Assembly (NCBI GenBank): GCA_003645455.1
Contig: QNFE01000005.1
Coordinates: forward strand, 3,840 to 67,839
Length of the DNA: 64,000 nt
Direction of reading: 5' to 3'
Source of the DNA: Gammaproteobacteria bacterium
GTDB lineage: Bacteria > Pseudomonadota > Gammaproteobacteria > QNFE01
The translations under genes and the position numbers were made by a program. The notes under the pieces were generated by a model. The model made no database searches and was not told the DNA's origin. It worked only from the letters and a program-made list of their open reading frames with translations. Shown piece after piece: positions 58,561-64,000 of this stretch (position 1 is the first letter of the stretch; each line of letters opens with the position of its first letter).

Positions 58561-58914
58561 TTAAAATTTCAAGCCAGCTTCGCGGGCTGCTTCTGCCAAG
58601 GCCTTTACCCTGCCATGATAATGAAAGCCTGAACGATCAAAGGCTACATTTTTAATGCCAACTTTTTGAGCTTTTTCTGCTATTTGTTGTCCTACTTTGC
58701 GGGCAGCTTCAATGTTGCTACTACTTTTTACATTTGTTTTAATTTCTGGGCTCAAGGTCGATGCGGATATTAAGGTTTTTAAGTTGTCATCAGATATTAT
58801 TTGGGCGTAAATATTTTTATTTGTACGAAAAACACTTAGACGAACTGCCTTTTGTTTTAAAATTTTTTTACGAGCCTTTATGGCTCTTCTTATCCTTGGT
58901 TTGTTATTTATCAT
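58561..58914 (-). CDS. rplR: 50S ribosomal protein L18
   Basis: [37 protein letters not shown]. Confidence 0.96.
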   Translation of the reverse strand: MINNKPRIRRAIKARKKILKQKAVRLSVFRTNKNIYAQIISDDNLKTLISASTLSPEIKTNVKSSSNIEAARKVGQQIAEKAQKVGIKNVAFDRSGFHYHGRVKALAEAAREAGLKF

Positions 58915-59447
58915 TATTTTTTCTTAGCCTCTTTTCTAATAATATGTTCGTCAGAATATTTTATGCCTTTGCCTTTATAGGGCTCTGGTGGGCGATAAGA
59001 TCTTATGTCTGCTGCCACCTGACCTACTTGCTGTTTATCACAACCTTTTATTAATATTTCTGTGTTACTTGGGGTTTCAACTGTTATGCCATCTGGTATT
59101 GCATGATTAACTGGATGTGAAAAACCCAAACTCAAACCTAAAATATTTCCTTTAATTTGGGCTCTATAACCCACACCTACAAGTTGCAATTTTTTTTCAA
59201 AACCTATGGATGATCCCACCAAACAGTTGTTTAGAAGTGCTCTCATAGTGCCTGAGAGTGCATTTGTTTCTTTGTCATCTTTTAGGGTTTTTACCGTAAG
59301 AATCCCATCATCAAGACTTGCTTTAATTGCAGGATGTAATTCTAAACTCATTTTTCCGCTCTTACCTACAAAAGAGACATTATTGTCTTTTATTGACACC
59401 TCCACATCTTGTGGAATTTTTATAGGTTTTTTAGCAATTCTTGACAT
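58914..59447 (-). CDS. rplF: 50S ribosomal protein L6
   Basis: [24 protein letters not shown]. Confidence 0.97.
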   Translation of the reverse strand: MSRIAKKPIKIPQDVEVSIKDNNVSFVGKSGKMSLELHPAIKASLDDGILTVKTLKDDKETNALSGTMRALLNNCLVGSSIGFEKKLQLVGVGYRAQIKGNILGLSLGFSHPVNHAIPDGITVETPSNTEILIKGCDKQQVGQVAADIRSYRPPEPYKGKGIKYSDEHIIRKEAKKK

Positions 59448-59462
59448 TTTTATTGATCCTTT

Positions 59463-59858
59463 TTAACTAACATTACAAATAATTTCACCACCCAATCCCA
59501 TTTTTACGGCCTCTTTATCGGTCTTTATTCCTTGTGAAGTTGAAATAATTGATGCCCCTAAGCCACCTTGAACTTTTGGCAACTCGTCCTTATTTTTAAA
59601 AATTCTTAAACCTGGGCGACTTACCTTGTCTATTTTACTTATCACAGGATTACCTTCAAAATATTTTAACTTTATTTTGATTGTTTTTTTGACGCCATTT
59701 TCTTCTACTATATGACCCTCAATAAAACCACATTCCTCTAAAGCTTTAATGATTGATAATTTAAATTTTGAAGATGGACAATTTACAATTAATTTGTTTG
59801 CTTTTTGGCCGTTACGAACTCTTGTTATCATATCTGCTATTGGGTCTGACATACTCAT
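59463..59858 (-). CDS. rpsH: 30S ribosomal protein S8
   Basis: [23 protein letters not shown]. Confidence 0.96.
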   Translation of the reverse strand: MSMSDPIADMITRVRNGQKANKLIVNCPSSKFKLSIIKALEECGFIEGHIVEENGVKKTIKIKLKYFEGNPVISKIDKVSRPGLRIFKNKDELPKVQGGLGASIISTSQGIKTDKEAVKMGLGGEIICNVS

Positions 59859-59884
59859 ATTATATTTACCTTTTTATGTTTTTA

Positions 59885-60190
59885 TTACCAACTCGCCTTG
59901 GTTAAGCCCGGAACATTGCCTAACATAGCATGTTCGCGAAGTTTATTACGACTCAACCCAAATTTACGATAAAAACCATGGGGACGACCAGTTAAATTAC
60001 ATCTATTTCTGCCTCTAACCACACTGGAATCTCTCGGTAATTTTGAAAGAGCGGACATAGCTTTTATTTTATCTTCATATTGAGTGTCTGGATTTTTAAT
60101 ATTTTTTTTCAAATCTGCTCTTTTTTTGGCAAATATTTTCACCAATTTAGTTCGTTTAATCTCCCTTTGAATCATAGATTGTTTTGCCAT
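59885..60190 (-). CDS. rpsN: 30S ribosomal protein S14 (long, non-zinc form)
   Basis: [31 protein letters not shown]. Confidence 0.96.
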   Translation of the reverse strand: MAKQSMIQREIKRTKLVKIFAKKRADLKKNIKNPDTQYEDKIKAMSALSKLPRDSSVVRGRNRCNLTGRPHGFYRKFGLSRNKLREHAMLGNVPGLTKASW

Positions 60191-60194
60191 AATT

Positions 60195-60740
60195 TTATAC
60201 TCCTCTCAATGGAAAATTAAAAGATTTTAATAAAAATCTTGCCTCGTCATCTGTTTTTGCTGTGGTTGTTATTGTAATATTCATACCTCTCAGAGCATCG
60301 ATTTTATCATAGTCAATTTCTGGAAATATTATTTGTTCTTTTATTCCCATACTATAATTACCTCTACCATCGAATGATTTTGAATTTAACCCACGAAAAT
60401 CTCTAATTCTTGGTATTGAAATATTTATCAGCCTATCTAAAAATTCATACATTCGGTGACGGCGGAGAGTTACTTTTACACCAATCGGATAGTTATCTCT
60501 AATTTTAAAACCGGCTATGGATTTGCGAGCTTTGGTAACTATTGGTTTTTGTCCGCTTATTTGCTCTAAATCCTTAACTGCATTCGGTACAACTTTTTTA
60601 TCCACTACGGCTTCACCGAGACCTATATTAAGTGTTACTTTATTGATATATGGCACCTCCATGGCTGTTTTATAGCCAAATTCTTTTTTTTGTGCTTTTA
60701 TAATATCTTTTTGATATAGCTCTTGTAGTCTGCTTTTCAT
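60195..60740 (-). CDS. rplE: 50S ribosomal protein L5
   Basis: [33 protein letters not shown]. Confidence 0.97.
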   Translation of the reverse strand: MKSRLQELYQKDIIKAQKKEFGYKTAMEVPYINKVTLNIGLGEAVVDKKVVPNAVKDLEQISGQKPIVTKARKSIAGFKIRDNYPIGVKVTLRRHRMYEFLDRLINISIPRIRDFRGLNSKSFDGRGNYSMGIKEQIIFPEIDYDKIDALRGMNITITTTAKTDDEARFLLKSFNFPLRGV

Positions 60741-60752
60741 TTATATGTCCTG

Positions 60753-61067
60753 TTATGTATCGACAACTTCGTTATCTGATTTAAAAAAACGCACTTTTTT
60801 GCCGTCTTCTAATTTTTTTATACCAACTCTATCTCCCGCTTTTTTTGTTGCATTATAGAGCATCACATTGGAAATATGAAGTGAAGATTCTTTTTCAATT
60901 ATGCCACCTTGTGAGTTGGTTGCAGGGTTGCCTTTGGTATGTTTTTTTACCATCTTAGCTCCTTCAACAAAGACTCTATCATTATTTATTTTAGTAACCT
61001 TACCAATCTTGCCTTTATCCTTGCCAGATATTAGTATCACCTCATCGCTTAACTTTATTCTTTTCAT
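60753..61067 (-). CDS. rplX: 50S ribosomal protein L24
   Basis: ISGKDKGKIG, VEG, GGIIEKE...HISNV. Confidence 0.96.
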   Translation of the reverse strand: MKRIKLSDEVILISGKDKGKIGKVTKINNDRVFVEGAKMVKKHTKGNPATNSQGGIIEKESSLHISNVMLYNATKKAGDRVGIKKLEDGKKVRFFKSDNEVVDT

Positions 61068-61072
61068 AGTTA

Positions 61073-61441
61073 TTATAACACCTCAGGGGCTAATGATATA
61101 ATCTTCATAAACTTATCAGATCGTAACTCACGAGTTACAGGTCCGAATATTCTGGTTCCTACTGGCTCTAATTTTGCATTGAGGATTACAGCGGCATTGG
61201 TATCAAATTTGATTTTTGAGCCATCTGGACGGCGGACACCTGATTTTGTGCGAACAACAATGGCATTATAAACATCGCCTTTTTTTGTTTTTCCGCGAGG
61301 GATGGCATCTTTTATACTAACTTTTATGACATCTCCTATGGCAGCATACCTTCTTTTTGAGCCACCTAACACCTTGATGCACTGGACTAATTTTGCACCA
61401 GAGTTATCGGCTACTTGTAATTTTGACTGCATCTGTATCAT
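61073..61441 (-). CDS. rplN: 50S ribosomal protein L14
   Basis: [35 protein letters not shown]. Confidence 0.97.
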   Translation of the reverse strand: MIQMQSKLQVADNSGAKLVQCIKVLGGSKRRYAAIGDVIKVSIKDAIPRGKTKKGDVYNAIVVRTKSGVRRPDGSKIKFDTNAAVILNAKLEPVGTRIFGPVTRELRSDKFMKIISLAPEVL

Positions 61442-61719
61442 TGTTCCTGACCCTTTGAATTATCGCTTATAACCTTGCTTAACTTCCATGATTTAGTTTT
61501 TGAAATAGGAGCACATTCCTCTATTAAAACTGTGTCACCGACTTGACAAACATTCAATTCATCATGAACATGAATCTTATTGGATTTTTTAATATATTTT
61601 CCATACACAGGATGTTTTATTTTTCTCTCTACCAGAACTGTGGCAGATTTTTGCATCTTATCGCTTGTGACAGTTCCGAGTGTTTTTCTCGTTAATTTAT
61701 TTTCTGATGTTGTCGTCAT
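61438..61719 (-). CDS. rpsQ: 30S ribosomal protein S17
   Basis: [26 protein letters not shown]. Confidence 0.96.
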   Translation of the reverse strand: MTTTSENKLTRKTLGTVTSDKMQKSATVLVERKIKHPVYGKYIKKSNKIHVHDELNVCQVGDTVLIEECAPISKTKSWKLSKVISDNSKGQEQ

Positions 61720-61724
61720 ATATT

Positions 61725-61919
61725 TTAAACCTTTTTACTGTTTTGATTAAGCACTGTTTTAATGCGAGCAATTGTTTTGCGAACCTTTTTAAACTCTGAT
61801 GGTTTAGGGCTTTGCTGAACTCCTCTTTGCATTCTTAAATTAAACTGCTCCTTATAAAGAGATTTTAATTCGCCTTGCAATTCTTGATCGTTTTTTTCTC
61901 TGATGTCTGCTATTTTCAT
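61725..61919 (-). CDS. rpmC: 50S ribosomal protein L29
   Basis: [18 protein letters not shown]; lies between rplP and rpsQ. Confidence 0.94.
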   Translation of the reverse strand: MKIADIREKNDQELQGELKSLYKEQFNLRMQRGVQQSPKPSEFKKVRKTIARIKTVLNQNSKKV

Positions 61920-62332
61920 TACATTATAACCCTGTTAACAAAATTAGTTTGCACCGGCAATTTAGCTGCTGCCAAAGTGAAAGCTTTACGGGCAATGTCT
62001 TCGTTCACACCTTCCATTTCATATAACATTTTACCAGGTTGTATCTTTGCCACCCAGTATTCAACATTTCCTTTGCCCTTGCCCATTCTAACTTCAATTG
62101 GTTTTTTGGTTATGGGAGTATCTGGGAATATTCTTATCCAAACTTTTCCTCCTCTTTTTATGTATCTTGTCATAGCACGACGAGCAGCTTCAATCTGTCT
62201 TGCGGTAATTCTACCACGAGTTGTAGCCTTTAAACCATACTCACCAAAACTTACTTTGTTGGCATTTTGTGAGAGACCACGATTGCGACCTTTTTGCTGT
62301 TTTTTATATTTTGTTTTTTTTGGTTGTAACAT
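61919..62332 (-). CDS. rplP: 50S ribosomal protein L16
   Basis: [27 protein letters not shown]. Confidence 0.97.
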   Translation of the reverse strand: MLQPKKTKYKKQQKGRNRGLSQNANKVSFGEYGLKATTRGRITARQIEAARRAMTRYIKRGGKVWIRIFPDTPITKKPIEVRMGKGKGNVEYWVAKIQPGKMLYEMEGVNEDIARKAFTLAAAKLPVQTNFVNRVIM

Positions 62333-62333
62333 T

Positions 62334-63014
62334 TTATTTGCCTTTTAAACCCTTTAAACTTTTTGTTTTTTCTTCTAAGTTAAATACTTCACCCTTGCAT
62401 ATCCATACTTTTACCCCAATTATTCCATAGGTGGTAGCAGCCGATGCTGTGCCATAGTCTATGTCTGATCTTAGGGTATGAAGTGGCACTCTACCTTCAA
62501 GATACCATTCCGTTCTTGCTATTTCTGCACCATTTAATCTTCCTCCGACTGATACTTTGATTCCCTTTGCACCCAGCCTCATACAGTTGGTAACTGATCT
62601 TTTCATGGCACGTCGAAACATTATTCGTCTCTCTAACTGAGAGGCTATATTTTGTGCAACCAAAGATGCCTCAATTTCAGGTTTACGAATTTCGCTAATA
62701 TTTAATTTAATTGTTCTTATATCTACTCCACTGTGTTTAGCTATTTGTAATCTTAATCTTTCAATATCTTCGCCTTTTTTTCCAATAACTATACCAGGTT
62801 TTGCTGTGGCTATAATAACTTGTAAATTTTTTGCTGTTCTTTCAATATATACATTGCTTACCGAGGCATTTTTTAATTTAGAAAAAATATAGTCTCTAAT
62901 TAGCAAATCTTGATTCAAAAATTTTGCATAGTTACGATTGTCTGCATACCAAACTGAATTCCAACTCTTGGCTATCTTTAATCTGATTCCTATTGGATTT
63001 ACTTTTTGTCCCAT
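62334..63014 (-). CDS. rpsC: 30S ribosomal protein S3
   Basis: [41 protein letters not shown]. Confidence 0.97.
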   Translation of the reverse strand: MGQKVNPIGIRLKIAKSWNSVWYADNRNYAKFLNQDLLIRDYIFSKLKNASVSNVYIERTAKNLQVIIATAKPGIVIGKKGEDIERLRLQIAKHSGVDIRTIKLNISEIRKPEIEASLVAQNIASQLERRIMFRRAMKRSVTNCMRLGAKGIKVSVGGRLNGAEIARTEWYLEGRVPLHTLRSDIDYGTASAATTYGIIGVKVWICKGEVFNLEEKTKSLKGLKGK

Positions 63015-63026
63015 ATTATTATATCC

Positions 63027-63365
63027 TTAATCTTTTTGCACAACAGTCACAGATAGATGTGATGTTCTTTTTAAAATTTTATTCCCACGACCTTTCGCAC
63101 GAGGACGCATTCTTTTCATTGTCGGACCCTCGTTGACAAAAATAGTCTCCACAACCAACTCATCTATGTCAGCTCCTTCATTATGCTCAGCATTAGCTAT
63201 GGCAGAATTTAGTGTTTTTTTAACTAAAACTGCAGATTTTTTATTACTAAAACCTAAAATATTTAAAGCACTTTCTACTGTTTTACCGCGAACTTGATCA
63301 GCCACTAATCTCATTTTTTGAGCCGATATTCTTGCATGCCTGTATATTGCTGTTGCTTTTATCAT
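63027..63365 (-). CDS. rplV: 50S ribosomal protein L22
   Basis: [37 protein letters not shown]. Confidence 0.96.
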   Translation of the reverse strand: MIKATAIYRHARISAQKMRLVADQVRGKTVESALNILGFSNKKSAVLVKKTLNSAIANAEHNEGADIDELVVETIFVNEGPTMKRMRPRAKGRGNKILKRTSHLSVTVVQKD

Positions 63366-63382
63366 GTTTATAAACTCACTAT

Positions 63383-63655
63383 TTATTTTACTTTTTTATC
63401 AATTATATGACCACGAAATGTGCGGGTTAGCACAAATTCACCTAATTTATGTCCTACCATGTTTTCATTAACAAAAACAGGGACATGTTGTTTTCCATTG
63501 TGAATGGCAAATGTAAAGCCTACCATATCTGGCAAAACCATTGATCGTCTTGACCATGTTTTAATTGGTTTTTTGCTATTTTCACTTTTTGCTTTATTTA
63601 TTTGCTTCAATAACGAAGCATCAATAAACGGACCTTTTCTTAATGATCTTGGCAT
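63383..63655 (-). CDS. rpsS: 30S ribosomal protein S19
   Basis: [32 protein letters not shown]. Confidence 0.97.
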   Translation of the reverse strand: MPRSLRKGPFIDASLLKQINKAKSENSKKPIKTWSRRSMVLPDMVGFTFAIHNGKQHVPVFVNENMVGHKLGEFVLTRTFRGHIIDKKVK

Positions 63656-63658
63656 TGT

Positions 63659-64000
63659 TTAGTTCCTTTTTTGTCTGTGACGAACAATCAATCTATCTGT
63701 TCGTTTATTAGTTCTTGTTTTAAAGCCTTTGGCAGGTTGTCCCCAAGGTGACACTGGGTGCCTACCACCTGATGTTTTACCTTCACCACCGCCATGGGGG
63801 TGATCTACTGGGTTCATCACAACTCCTCGCACAGTCGGACGCACTCCACGCCATCTTGATGCACCAGCTTTTCCTAATTTACGCAAAGAATGCTCGCCGT
63901 TGCTAACCTCGCCTATCGTAGCCTTGCAATGACTTAGGACTTTTCTCATCTCACCTGAACGCAAGCGGATAGTTGCATATTGTCCTTCTCTGGCAACAAG
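63659..64000 (-). CDS. rplB: 50S ribosomal protein L2, C-terminal part (runs off the window)
   Basis: [33 protein letters not shown]. Confidence 0.97.
   Translation of the reverse strand, partial: LVAREGQYATIRLRSGEMRKVLSHCKATIGEVSNGEHSLRKLGKAGASRWRGVRPTVRGVVMNPVDHPHGGGEGKTSGGRHPVSPWGQPAKGFKTRTNKRTDRLIVRHRQKRN

Noticed and set aside
2758-63000. Many short ORFs in the track that overlap real genes on the opposite strand or in another frame (e.g. 2758-3168, 4560-4889, 9342-9716, 16151-16480, 33182-33652, 34967-35407, 43370-43879, 61875-62348)
   Set aside because: They are shadows of well-supported genes, have antisense-type composition and show no recognisable motifs.
1-64000. CRISPR array, rRNA, tRNA, integrase or transposase
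   Set aside because: No regularly spaced repeats or RNA-gene signatures were seen, and the intergenic gaps are explained by promoters, hairpins and the palindromic elements. A covariance-model scan was not possible, so small ncRNAs cannot be excluded.

Overview
AT-rich gammaproteobacterial chromosome segment. The lineage call rests on the petABC-sspAB, suhB/trmJ-cysE, cmk-rpsA and prfB-lysS arrangements and on the S10-spc-alpha ribosomal cluster; the organism is probably a microaerophilic or denitrifying chemolithotroph (inference). From left to right: partial pcnB and tatD; a complete clade II (Sec-type) nitrous oxide reductase cluster nosZ-C1-C2-B-D-G-H-F-L-Y, followed by a lipoprotein-signal/nuclease-like ORF; fxsA, nadA, a CBS protein and ilvD; a copper-chaperone operon (DUF2946-PCuAC-SCO-YtkA-like) divergent from petABC-sspAB; an Lpd-like oxidoreductase, lpxL and hemN with an FNR-like box; a large DUF3683-type FAD/Fe-S oxidoreductase and ampD; a defence islet downstream of rho (Hpy99I-like restriction-modification pair, dinJ, truncated yafQ, DUF2442 fragment); comEC, galU, suhB, trmJ, cysE, cmk, rpsA, frameshifted prfB and lysS; an orphan rsxA/rnfA overlapping a Campylobacterota-like pyruvate:ferredoxin oxidoreductase gene; nirJ-nirH placed behind rpmE; and the alpha, spc and S10 ribosomal operons (rplB partial). 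Two families of short palindromic elements occur between genes: GAGACCTTTG-ended MITE-like elements and a GTCATTGCGAG-type nested palindrome. No rRNA, tRNA, CRISPR array or transposase was recognised. All family assignments are from motif recognition and recall, not database searches.
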